Assembly: GCA_963662715.1 (NCBI GenBank) | Contig: OY759724.1 | Location: 2,130,001 to 2,162,000, forward strand | Direction: 5' to 3' | DNA length: 32,000 nucleotides | From: Candidatus Omnitrophota bacterium | GTDB taxonomy: Bacteria; Omnitrophota; Gorgyraeia; Zapsychrales; JANLHA01 | Shown here: positions 8,862-16,549 of the stretch, in pieces | How positions within the stretch are numbered: position 1 is the first letter of the stretch | Layout of the letters: each line of letters starts with the position of its first letter | Notes under the pieces: model-generated | The model's input: only the letters and a program-made list of their open reading frames with translations | The model's database searches: none | What the model was told of the DNA's origin: nothing | Made by a program: the position numbers and the translations under genes

Positions 8862-9470
8862 TTATGATGCTGTCACCGGGACAGCCTTCCATTGCATTGT
8901 TTCGAGATCGAGTTCCAGAATCCGGGAGCACTTGTATCGAGACATCATCAGTTTGACGAAATCCTGCATTGTTTTTGCTTGAGTTTTTTTGATCTCGGCA
9001 TTATCAAACCAGAAGATATAGTCCCGGGATTGAAAAGTGCACACGGCATGGGCTCTTTTAGCACGAAATAATGCCAGAAAGCGCGGTTGATATCCAAGGA
9101 CCCGTACGACCGAAGAATTCAGCAGGGCAAAATCGTCACAGTCGCCCCACTTGCGGTTTAATATATCTATAGGGGAGACCCAGGAATCCGGCTGTGCTGA
9201 TTTTTGATATTTGATGTTTTTTTTCAGCCAGACAGCGTAGTCTTCTATAGAATTAATATCCGCTTGATAAATGAAATTTTTAATCTGAATGTCCAGGGAA
9301 TGCGGTTGCGAAACAAATACGCCGTTCTTGTGGAGTGTTTTTTGCCGGATATGATAAGTTTGACGAACGGCGGGATGCGTTTCCCCGGCTTGTGCGGGCA
9401 GGCAGAGGCCGCACAAGAGGCAGAGGCCGCTTATGAGTTGGGTTCGCAGTATTTTTTTCAATAAAGGCAT
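8862..9470 (-). CDS. periplasmic transglutaminase-like cysteine peptidase (BTLCP / LapG-like family)
   Basis: Signal peptide MPLLKKILRTQLISGLCLLCGLCLPAQA. Cys-His-Asp triad context: WGDCDDFA, AHAVC, WFDN. ATG at 9470; the listed start at 9485 is a TTG five codons upstream. Confidence 0.75.
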   Translation of the reverse strand: MPLLKKILRTQLISGLCLLCGLCLPAQAGETHPAVRQTYHIRQKTLHKNGVFVSQPHSLDIQIKNFIYQADINSIEDYAVWLKKNIKYQKSAQPDSWVSPIDILNRKWGDCDDFALLNSSVVRVLGYQPRFLALFRAKRAHAVCTFQSRDYIFWFDNAEIKKTQAKTMQDFVKLMMSRYKCSRILELDLETMQWKAVPVTAS

Positions 9471-9692
9471 AATAAACAGACTCAAACAGGTATGCAGGGA
9501 TTTTCAGTTTAGCATCTTTCGCTTAGTCAACAGAATATGTGCCTGTTAAAAAGTGAATTTGGTGTCTGCGGGGAACAACATTTTTCGCGGCGATAAAAAT
9601 TGTTCGGCTATTCCGTAAGAACCAGGCTCGTAAGTCATGTCGTTGAAAAATGTTCATAACTTTCTGAGGTCTCTTGAGCGGAAAACACATAC

Positions 9693-10613
9693 ATGTCATA
9701 TTTTCGAGAAACGCTATCTTTGATTGGTTGAAACCCACGAATTATTAATTTAGCAAAAATGTCTCCGGAAGACAACTTCAAAAATTCCGCGAGAGATATG
9801 GGGTTATAAATAAAAGAGAGGGAACAGGTTCTGTGTTCTAAGATATCCGTGTTTGGAAAAGGGTGTCATGCGGGGACGTATATCCTGGAGGAATTGAAAC
9901 GAGAGCGTATCCCCGCGGATTTTCAGCATATTCCCGGAGAGACCCGGACCAATTTTACGGTGGTTGATACGGAAAGAAATATTGTAACGCGTATTTTAGA
10001 AGAGGGGCCGGCTGTCCGCCGGCAGGACCTCCGGGCGTTTAAAAAAAGATATTCTTATCTCTTGAATTCATACCAGTATGTGGTATTTTTTGGTAGTTGC
10101 CTCTGCGGGCTAAAAACGGATTTTTTGCAGGGTCTCATCCGGGAAGCGCACAGAAAGAATCTTAAAACTTTTTTAGACTCGAGCGGCCGGACATTATCTG
10201 AAGGCCTGAAGGCAGGTCCTTATTGTGTGAAGCCTAATCAAAAAGAGGCTGAGCAGATATTAGGAAGAAAAATACGTTCGCTTAAGGATTTAAAAGCCGT
10301 TGTATCCAGAATGCATCAGCAGGGGATTACGATTGTCCTTTTATCTTTGGGCGCGGAAGGTTTGCTGGGGTCCAATGTCGAGGAATGCTGGCAGGTTACC
10401 CCTCCCCGGGTAAAAGCAGAAACAACCGTAGGCTGCGGAGATGCGTTGCTGGCGGGTTTTATTTATGCCGAGATTCAGGGGTATGAATTCCGCGAACAGT
10501 TATGCCATGCGGTCGCCGCAGGCACGGCAGCCGCCGTCAATCGACGGCCTGGCGTTTTAAACAAGACATGCATGGCAGAAATAACAAAGAAAGTGAAAAT
10601 ATACCGACAATAA
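9693..10613 (+). pseudogene. PfkB-family sugar kinase (1-phosphofructokinase / tagatose-6-phosphate kinase-like) with a decayed 5' end
   Basis: The intact ORF 9849..10613 aligns by eye to PfkB kinases from about residue 55 onward (GETRTNFTVV, VKPNQKEAE, LSLGAEG, TVGCGDALLAGFIY). In the same frame upstream, 9693-9848 reads MSYFRETLSLIG*NPRIINLAKMSPEDNFKNSARDMGL*IKEREQVLCSKIS. This loosely follows the PfkB N-terminus (TLNP...VNR...GGKGINVARVL). It contains stops TGA 9729-9731 and TAA 9807-9809. Confidence 0.6.
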
Positions 10614-10642
10614 ATATCAGCAACCCGAGAAGGAAAGAGGTT

Positions 10643-11290
10643 ATGAAAATATTGGATAGGCAGGATGCTAAGCGTACAAAACAGGCCAATATCACGGAGG
10701 ATATGCTCCGTGAAAACCTTGTTGACTTAGCCAAAAAATTCAAGCTGTCCTGGGTGCAGCTGGGCCAGACCCTGTATCCTGTTTGGAAGGACAAGCTTTT
10801 CTACACCTGGGGCTACGATAAATTTGAATATTATGTCCAGAGAGAATTAGGCATTAAAAAGACAACCGCGTTAAAATTGCTTAAAACCTATTTTTTCCTT
10901 GAACAGGAAGAACCGGCTTACCTGAAAGAAGACTATGTCATGAATCAGGACGCCGGGAAAGTGCCGGATTATGATACGATCAATGTCCTTCGTTTGGCCC
11001 GTTCGAAGAAGGAGCTGGACAAGCACGATTATGGCCAGTTACGGAAATCCGTTTTTGAAAAAGGCCGGAACGATACTTTGCTCCGGAAAGATTTGACGCA
11101 ACTTATGAAACAACGGAAAGAAGTCGATCCGGAAGAGGAACGGGATAAAAGGAACAGGGACTCTATCCGCAAGCTGGTGACAGCCATAAAATCTTTTAAA
11201 AAAGACATGGAAACTTTGAAGCTGTCTTCGCCCGGGCTTGTCACGGAAGCGGAATCTTTCATGGAGAGGCTGGAGAAGGAATTGGCGTAG
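10643..11290 (+). CDS. hypothetical protein, possible helix-turn-helix DNA-binding N-terminal half and charged coiled-coil C-terminal half
   Basis: GGAAAGAGG SD ahead of ATG 10643. WGYDKFEYYVQRELGIKKTTALKLLKTYFFL resembles an HTH segment. The listed 10502 start overlaps the kinase 3' end and is rejected. Confidence 0.65.
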   Translation: MKILDRQDAKRTKQANITEDMLRENLVDLAKKFKLSWVQLGQTLYPVWKDKLFYTWGYDKFEYYVQRELGIKKTTALKLLKTYFFLEQEEPAYLKEDYVMNQDAGKVPDYDTINVLRLARSKKELDKHDYGQLRKSVFEKGRNDTLLRKDLTQLMKQRKEVDPEEERDKRNRDSIRKLVTAIKSFKKDMETLKLSSPGLVTEAESFMERLEKELA

Positions 11291-11335
11291 ATCATGATAG
11301 AAAAATAGCGGGACATTGAGTACAATAGAGTGGTA

Positions 11336-12388
11336 ATGGGAAACAGGAATATGAAACCGTTGGATTTGCATGCCCTGGAGGAAGAAGAGCTCCTAAAGCA
11401 GCGGCTCTGTGACTTGCCCCTGTCCATTGAAGGGACTTGGCTCCAGGAATGCATCCAGGAGCTCTATCGAGAACTTGAGGCCAAACAACTGCCGTTCCGT
11501 CCGGAATGTTACCTCGCCGATGAATGGCTTTCTCCCAAGGATGAGCCGGTGATCGGGATCCCCTTTTACCTGGCCCATCCTGTCCTGATCCGCCTGGAGA
11601 GAAAAATGATGCTGGAGGTTGAAGGGGAAACCCGGGCCTGGTGCATGCAGCTCCTCCGGCATGAGACAGGCCATGCCCTCTGCCATGCGTACCGGCTCCA
11701 GCAGAGAAAAAGCTGGAAGGATGCCTTCGGATCCCCTTCTCAGGAGTACAAGGATACCTACCGGTTCCGGCCTTACAGCAAGAATTATGTGCACCACCTG
11801 GAAGGGTTTTATGCCCAGTTTCATCCGGATGAGGATTTTGTGGAAACGTTTGCCGTGTGGCTGACTCCGGGGCTGGATTGGAAAACCCAATATCAGGGCT
11901 GGAAAGCTCTCAAGAAATTGGCCTATGTCGATAAACTCATGCGGACCATTCAGGGGAAAACTCCTAAAGTCTTGAAGGGGAAGAAATATTGGCATATCAA
12001 ACAGTCGCGCATGACCCTGCAATCGTACTATAAAAGAAAACGCCATTCCTGGGCCGAAGATTTTCCGGACTTTCATGATGATAATTTAAAAAGGATTTTT
12101 GGCGATATGCCCGAAAAATCGAAAGACGGGCTGTCGGCCTGCAAGCTTATACGTAAACACCGGAAGATGATTATTAATGAAATTGCCATTTGGTCGGGAG
12201 AGAAGAAATACATCATCCACCGTCTGTTAAAAATGATTCTTAAGCGGTGTCAGGATTTGCGGTTATACGTTAAGGATTCCGAACCGGTTGCTTTGGCGAA
12301 TCTCACGTCCTATATCACAACGCTGGTTATGAATTACGTCTATACCGGTTTATACCGGGGAGACAAGTCACAAAGGACACACACATGA
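11336..12388 (+). CDS. putative zinc metallopeptidase (HExxH)
   Basis: LLRHETGHALCHAY contains HETGH. The downstream HPDEDFVETFAVW is a plausible third-ligand/Glu region. About 350 aa with no signal peptide. Its stop overlaps the start of the next gene (ATGA at 12385-12388). Start is uncertain (GTG 11330, ATG 11336 or ATG 11351). Confidence 0.75.
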   Translation: MGNRNMKPLDLHALEEEELLKQRLCDLPLSIEGTWLQECIQELYRELEAKQLPFRPECYLADEWLSPKDEPVIGIPFYLAHPVLIRLERKMMLEVEGETRAWCMQLLRHETGHALCHAYRLQQRKSWKDAFGSPSQEYKDTYRFRPYSKNYVHHLEGFYAQFHPDEDFVETFAVWLTPGLDWKTQYQGWKALKKLAYVDKLMRTIQGKTPKVLKGKKYWHIKQSRMTLQSYYKRKRHSWAEDFPDFHDDNLKRIFGDMPEKSKDGLSACKLIRKHRKMIINEIAIWSGEKKYIIHRLLKMILKRCQDLRLYVKDSEPVALANLTSYITTLVMNYVYTGLYRGDKSQRTHT

Positions 12389-13404
12389 AGAAAAAACTGA
12401 AGGTCTTGCTGCTTTTTAACACCCCTTATGCAACACCTCGTGGCTATGATTTTAAGGATGAATTTGCTGACCCGGACAACATGTATACCGAGAATGATGT
12501 GTGCCAGGCTTTGCTGGCCAACGGCTTCGAGGTCCGTCTGCTGGGGTTGTATGATTCTTTAGCGCCCCTTTTTGAGGAAATTCAGGAGTGCCCGCCGGAC
12601 GTTATTTTTAACCTCGTGGAAATTTTTGCCAACAAGACACATTTTGACAAAAACATCGGAGCTGTTTTAGAGCTGCTCAGGATCCCCTACACGGGGGCGG
12701 ATGCCGATGTCCTGATGATCTGTAATAATAAAGCCATGCATAAGAAAATATTGAGATTCCATCGCCTCCGGGTGGCCCGTTTCCATACTTTTTACCGGGG
12801 GCATAAAATTTGGCGGCCGAAAACGATTAAGCTCCCGGCGATAATCAAGCCTTTATGCGAGGAAGCCTCTCGAGGGATTTCCCAGGCTTCCGTGGTGGAT
12901 AATGAAGCGGCATTTATCGAAAGGATTAAATTTATTCACGACTCCATGAAACACGATGCTATCGCTGAAGAATATATCGAAGGCCGGGAGCTGTATGTCA
13001 CGGTCATCGGGAATAAACGTCTGCGGGTTCTGCCCCCCCGGGAAATGAAGTTCGGTCAATTGCCCGATGACGAACCCCGGATCGCGACGTACAAGGCTAA
13101 ATGGGATGACCAGTACCGCGACCGTTGGGGCATAAAAAGTGCTTTTGCCGGAAAACTCCCGGACGGGGTGGCAGAGAGAATCCATGATGTGTGCAAGCGG
13201 GCTTACCGGGCCCTGAATGTGCAGAGTTATCTCCGTTTCGATATCCGTCTCACGCCGGAAGGGCGTGTGTATATTATCGAGCCGAATGCGAATCCTTGCA
13301 TCGCGAAGATTGATGAAGTGGCGCAGTCAGCCGAAAAGATCGGTATCCCCTATGACCGTCTCATCCGGAAAATTGTCATGATGGCTCTTAACGGCGGGCA
13401 TTAG
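12385..13404 (+). CDS. ATP-grasp ligase of the D-alanine--D-alanine ligase-like family
   Basis: Ddl-like architecture. N-terminal KVLLLFN...DVIFNLVE pre-ATP-grasp region. NNKAMHKKIL, AIIKPLCEEASRGI, AEEYIEGRELYVTVIG and YLRFDIRLTPEGRVYIIEPNANP (Mg/ATP-binding E-x-N) are all present. Confidence 0.85.
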   Translation: MKKKLKVLLLFNTPYATPRGYDFKDEFADPDNMYTENDVCQALLANGFEVRLLGLYDSLAPLFEEIQECPPDVIFNLVEIFANKTHFDKNIGAVLELLRIPYTGADADVLMICNNKAMHKKILRFHRLRVARFHTFYRGHKIWRPKTIKLPAIIKPLCEEASRGISQASVVDNEAAFIERIKFIHDSMKHDAIAEEYIEGRELYVTVIGNKRLRVLPPREMKFGQLPDDEPRIATYKAKWDDQYRDRWGIKSAFAGKLPDGVAERIHDVCKRAYRALNVQSYLRFDIRLTPEGRVYIIEPNANPCIAKIDEVAQSAEKIGIPYDRLIRKIVMMALNGGH

Positions 13405-13522
13405 CCTAAACTTCCCGGCCATATGCTGCTTCGGCCGCAAGTCCTCCAGAAAAATTTTGTCCTTATCGTAGAGACTTCCGCAGAAAGCTTCGAGCGATTG
13501 CGACGCCTTTGAAGGCGGGTGG

Positions 13523-13963
13523 CTATAAAAGCCCGCGCAGGAGAGAGAAGATCAGGATAAATACGAAGAGTATCCATCCGATGACGACACAATTGTTTAA
13601 GAAAATGAACTGCTGGTCCAGGCTTCTCCCGGGAGGAGAAAGATTTTCCAGCCATATCCCGTTTTTCCCCTCGATCCGTATGACCTCTTTGACATAATGC
13701 TTCAACCAGAAGCGGTTCCTGACGAGGATCCGGGTTGTCGTCTCGGAAGAGGCCACCGCAAAAACAGCCAGAACACAGGCAAGAAAAATGAGGATGATAT
13801 CGTAATGGCTTTTTGTGATCCAATATATGATGGTCGCTTCCGCCATGATCATCCCGGTCTGGATCCCTAAATATGTTATGACCCATCTCGAGGCCAATTC
13901 ATTCGAATGTTTGATAAGCCCGACCAGTTGCGAAAAGCGTGCTTCGTCTTTTATTTCACTCAT
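13523..13963 (-). CDS. hypothetical small integral membrane protein (about 3 TM)
   Basis: From ATG 13963 the product starts MSEIKDEARFSQLVGLIKHSNELASRW. Hydrophobic segments: ITYLGIQTGMIMAEATIIYWI, IILIFLACVLAVFAVA and VVIGWILFVFILIFSLL. The longer listed ORF (to 14086) would overlap the upstream gene. Confidence 0.55.
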   Translation of the reverse strand: MSEIKDEARFSQLVGLIKHSNELASRWVITYLGIQTGMIMAEATIIYWITKSHYDIILIFLACVLAVFAVASSETTTRILVRNRFWLKHYVKEVIRIEGKNGIWLENLSPPGRSLDQQFIFLNNCVVIGWILFVFILIFSLLRGLL

Positions 13964-14034
13964 GATGATTGCCCGGTTTCCCCTGCCGTTAGGGCTGGTG
14001 TCCGCGCAAGGACGTTTTGTCTTGGACGGTACGA

Positions 14035-14604
14035 TTATTGCCATTTGAAGATAAACCGGCAGGCGCTCCTTCCCTGAAACAGACACTCCGAATGATCGAT
14101 ATGCAGATTTTTCGCCCCGGCATATTCCAGGGCCGCTCTCGTCCAGCCCAGTGTGCCGAGACAGCCAGCCCTGCCGTATTCGGACGCCCCTTCAAGGAGC
14201 ATTTCAGCAAAATTGGTTTTTAATTGTATGATTTTAACCTCGCCGGCACTGAAGTACTGTTTCCAGACGCTTGGAAAGCGTTGGGCGACAAAAGAGGGGC
14301 TGCCTACTTTCATGAAGAATTTCATGACGGATCCCAGATCTTGGAAAGCCACATAGGCGGCCGCGGCTTGAAATTTTTTTCCGTCGCCGCTACCCCAGAG
14401 ACACTCGAAAGAGTCGAACATGTTTTTATAGACAGATGCCGGAATTTTGGATGTGGCAATGACGCGTTTTTCTGTCCAAACCGGAAGGTCTTCCTGCGGG
14501 GTCTTCTTTAAAAAATTTTTGAAACCCTGCTCCCCGTATTTTTCCAGCATGAAATCTTTAACCCCGTTGATAATAAGCCCCTTAACTGTCGCTGACGGTT
14601 CCAT
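14035..14604 (-). CDS. H-NOX/V4R-superfamily-like (DUF2378-like) putative ligand-binding protein; function call tentative
   Basis: The N-terminus VKGLIINGVKDFMLEKYGEQGFKNFLKK resembles the H-NOX start (MKGII...L...GE..W). The C-terminus GCLGTLGWTRAALEYAGAKNLHIDHSECLFQGRSACRFIFKW resembles the Cys-containing C-terminal pattern of H-NOX/V4R domains. No Y-x-S-x-R heme motif is seen. Confidence 0.7.
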   Translation of the reverse strand: MEPSATVKGLIINGVKDFMLEKYGEQGFKNFLKKTPQEDLPVWTEKRVIATSKIPASVYKNMFDSFECLWGSGDGKKFQAAAAYVAFQDLGSVMKFFMKVGSPSFVAQRFPSVWKQYFSAGEVKIIQLKTNFAEMLLEGASEYGRAGCLGTLGWTRAALEYAGAKNLHIDHSECLFQGRSACRFIFKWQ

Positions 14605-14760
14605 ATTTTATCCCCTCGAGAAAATTTTTTGATATCTTTATATTAATGAATGATAAGGGATGTTTCCATTATAAAAGTGATTATTTGGGAGCGGCTCTGT
14701 TTTTTGAAATATGATTTTTCTGATTCCCGAAGGGATTAAATAAAACTAGAAACAAGCCCT

Positions 14761-15018
14761 TTAAGTGTTTTCAAAAGGCTCTTCTTCATTATGAGCGGTT
14801 TTGTTGATGCTGAACGAGATGTTAAGGTCTTGAATGATGTCCCGGGCCTGTTGAAGCTGGTCTTCCCTGACCATGAAGACAGGAGGCACGGCCAAAGGGC
14901 GGACCAAATTAAAAGTTTCACCCTGCACATAAAAATCAATGCCTTCGGCTTCCAGTAAAGATTTTATAAGGGCAATATCCCCTTGGTTAAAAGTCTTTAA
15001 CAGTTCTTTATATTCCAT
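14761..15018 (-). CDS. DUF2007-like small protein (putative signal-transducing, PII-like fold)
   Basis: 85 aa. The pattern A.LIKSLLEAEGIDFYVQGE...L.V.EDQLQQARDIIQ is typical of DUF2007 proteins. Confidence 0.7.
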   Translation of the reverse strand: MEYKELLKTFNQGDIALIKSLLEAEGIDFYVQGETFNLVRPLAVPPVFMVREDQLQQARDIIQDLNISFSINKTAHNEEEPFENT

Positions 15019-15177
15019 GGTGCCTTTTCGGAGGAGTTTTTTGTTGCCGGGCTGAAATTTTAAAGGAAGTTATCTTTATACGGCTATTTTTGATATTATA
15101 CTTGATTTGCTGAATTTGCGCGGTCTTTTTTTGATTTTCACTCCAACAATCCCTTGGATTGCGGTTTAAAAAACTGA

Positions 15178-15206
15178 TTGACATCCACACTTTTGGGTGG
15201 TATCAT
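15178..15206 (+). promoter_or_regulatory. near-consensus sigma-70 promoter of lexA with an embedded inverted repeat
   Basis: TTGACA (15178-15183), a 17-nt spacer, then TATCAT (15201-15206). The spacer contains CCACAC-TTTT-GGGTGG, an imperfect 6+6 inverted repeat. The -10 ends 7 nt before the A of the lexA ATG (15213). Confidence 0.6.
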
Positions 15207-15212
15207 TTTTTT

Positions 15213-15815
15213 ATGAATAAGAACGTTCCCCTTACAGAAAAGCAAAAAGATGTCTTTAAATTCATCTATAAGAAAATAAAAAACACCCGGATTCCTCCAA
15301 CGGTGCGGGAAATTGCCGCTCATTTTGGCTTTTCTTCTACGGGCACGGTGCGTGATTATCTCCGTGCTTTGGTTGATAAAGGGTATATCAGGATATCAGC
15401 CAATAAGTCAAGAGCCATAGAAATTATTAAAGGAAATCTTTTTCAGATCCCTATTCTTGGAAGGGTCCAGGCCGGCCTGCCGACCCTGGCTGTTGAGGAA
15501 ATTGAAGGATATTTAGACTTGGATAGTCTTGTTTTTTCTGATGATGATACATTTGCCCTCCGGGTCAAAGGGGACAGTATGAACGGAGCCGGTATTTTCC
15601 CGGATGATCTTGTCTTGGTTAGAAAACAACCTGTCGCTCAGACAGGGGAAGTCGTTGTCGCCCTTATTCAGGATGAGGCGACAATCAAATATCTCAAAAA
15701 ACGAGGCCGGAATTATTATCTTGAGCCGGCCAATCCGCAGTATCAACCCATCCCGGTAAACGAGGATGTTATGCTGATCGGGAAAGTGATCAGCGTCATC
15801 AGGAAGCTTATTTAA
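15213..15815 (+). CDS. lexA: LexA repressor (SOS regulon transcriptional repressor, S24 peptidase)
   Basis: Winged-helix N-terminus LTEKQKDVFKFIYKKIKNTRIPPTVREIAAHFGFSSTGTVRDYLRALVDKGYI. Ala-Gly cleavage site (VQAGLP). Catalytic Ser (KGDSMNGAGI) and Lys (IGKVISVIRKL). Confidence 0.92.
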   Translation: MNKNVPLTEKQKDVFKFIYKKIKNTRIPPTVREIAAHFGFSSTGTVRDYLRALVDKGYIRISANKSRAIEIIKGNLFQIPILGRVQAGLPTLAVEEIEGYLDLDSLVFSDDDTFALRVKGDSMNGAGIFPDDLVLVRKQPVAQTGEVVVALIQDEATIKYLKKRGRNYYLEPANPQYQPIPVNEDVMLIGKVISVIRKLI

Positions 15816-15898
15816 TTGCGAAAATCCTTTTTACCTGTTAAACTTGTTATAGTGTTATTATTAATATATTAATTTTATTATACAAAGGGAGTTTCTAA

Positions 15899-16486
15899 AT
15901 GAAATCCATATTAATATTAATATTAATAAACATTTTTATGTTTAATATACCTGTTACGGCTGCAGCAGAAGAAGAGGACGATTTATATTTACAGCAATTG
16001 CAGAGATATGACAAGTTGTGGTCTAATTATAATCAGCAAATAGAAAAAAGGAAGCAGATTGAATACGAAATCACGAATTATCAACATGTCCGTTATACGA
16101 TGATAAAAAAGATCAGAGACTTGCAGGAAAAGCTTGGGAATTTAAAAAGCAAACAAGACCTTTTATTGGGCCAGGTTGATAAACTTAAAGGAAACCTGAA
16201 TGATTATGAAAAAGAAAGTGTTAAGCTGAATCAGGAATATTGGAAGTCACAAAAGGATTATGGCCTTTATCAGCAAAAACTCGCTGCTTTAGCGGAGAAA
16301 CAGGAAAAGGCCATAGCCCAGATAAAAGAAAGAGAAGTGAAAGTCAAGGATTTGAGCGAAACTTTAAACCTTATCTCAGAAGACAGCCGAAAGCTTGAGG
16401 AAGAGGCGGAGGAGATAAAGAATCAAATTCGAATTAAGCAGAAACAGCTAAAAGCCCTTTCTACTCCCCACAAAATAAAAAATTAG
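15899..16486 (+). CDS. hypothetical secreted coiled-coil protein
   Basis: AAGGGAG SD. Signal peptide MKSILILILINIFMFNIPVTAAA. The remainder is K/E/Q-rich with heptad character. The gene is visibly AT-rich compared with its neighbours. Confidence 0.65.
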   Translation: MKSILILILINIFMFNIPVTAAAEEEDDLYLQQLQRYDKLWSNYNQQIEKRKQIEYEITNYQHVRYTMIKKIRDLQEKLGNLKSKQDLLLGQVDKLKGNLNDYEKESVKLNQEYWKSQKDYGLYQQKLAALAEKQEKAIAQIKEREVKVKDLSETLNLISEDSRKLEEEAEEIKNQIRIKQKQLKALSTPHKIKN

Positions 16487-16507
16487 TGTGTTGATGTTTA
16501 CAAAACT

Positions 16508-16549
16508 CAGGTCCGAGAGGTTCGGCATTTATCCTGCCTTGTTTTTTCT
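16508..16549 (+). terminator. possible intrinsic terminator after the coiled-coil gene
   Basis: Short stems CCGA/TCGG and GGCA/TGCC nested inside CAGG...CCTG, followed by CCTTGTTTTTTC. The stems are only 4 bp, so confidence is low. Confidence 0.3.

Noticed and set aside
9401-9430. Direct duplication GGCAGAGGCCGC ... GGCAGAGGCCGC, considered as a possible repeat array.
   Set aside because: There are only two copies, 18 nt apart, inside the signal-peptide coding region of the LapG-like gene. This is not CRISPR-like or satellite-like.
9523-9738. A 71-aa minus-strand ORF in the gap between the LapG-like gene and the kinase.
   Set aside because: It has no SD, no motif and an odd composition. The region is better explained as the decayed 5' end of the + strand PfkB-family gene.
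9729-9809. Possibility that the in-frame TGA and TAA in the kinase 5' region reflect an alternative genetic code or programmed readthrough.
   Set aside because: TGA, TAA and TAG all terminate well-supported genes in this window at the expected protein lengths (for example lepA TGA, plsY TGA, aroF TAG). The surrounding residues of the kinase N-terminus are also degraded. Pseudogenisation is the simpler explanation.
10502-10642. Upstream extension of the 10502..11290 ORF. Analogous extensions occur at 1468-1533 (cmk), 4752-4880 (lipoprotein), 15159-15212 (lexA), 19978-20016 (exonuclease), 22152-22229 and 26792-26851.
   Set aside because: The extensions overlap the preceding gene or a promoter and add non-homologous residues ahead of a conserved N-terminus or signal peptide. 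Better internal ATG starts with SD-like sequences exist.
13401-14223. Several overlapping alternative-frame ORFs: 13401-13886 minus, 13509-13697 plus, 13815-14048 plus, 13989-14210 minus, 14017-14223 plus, and others up to 14632.
   Set aside because: They overlap the membrane-protein and H-NOX-like genes on the minus strand, which have coherent hydrophobicity and domain patterns. The alternatives encode R/G/P-rich peptides without signals.
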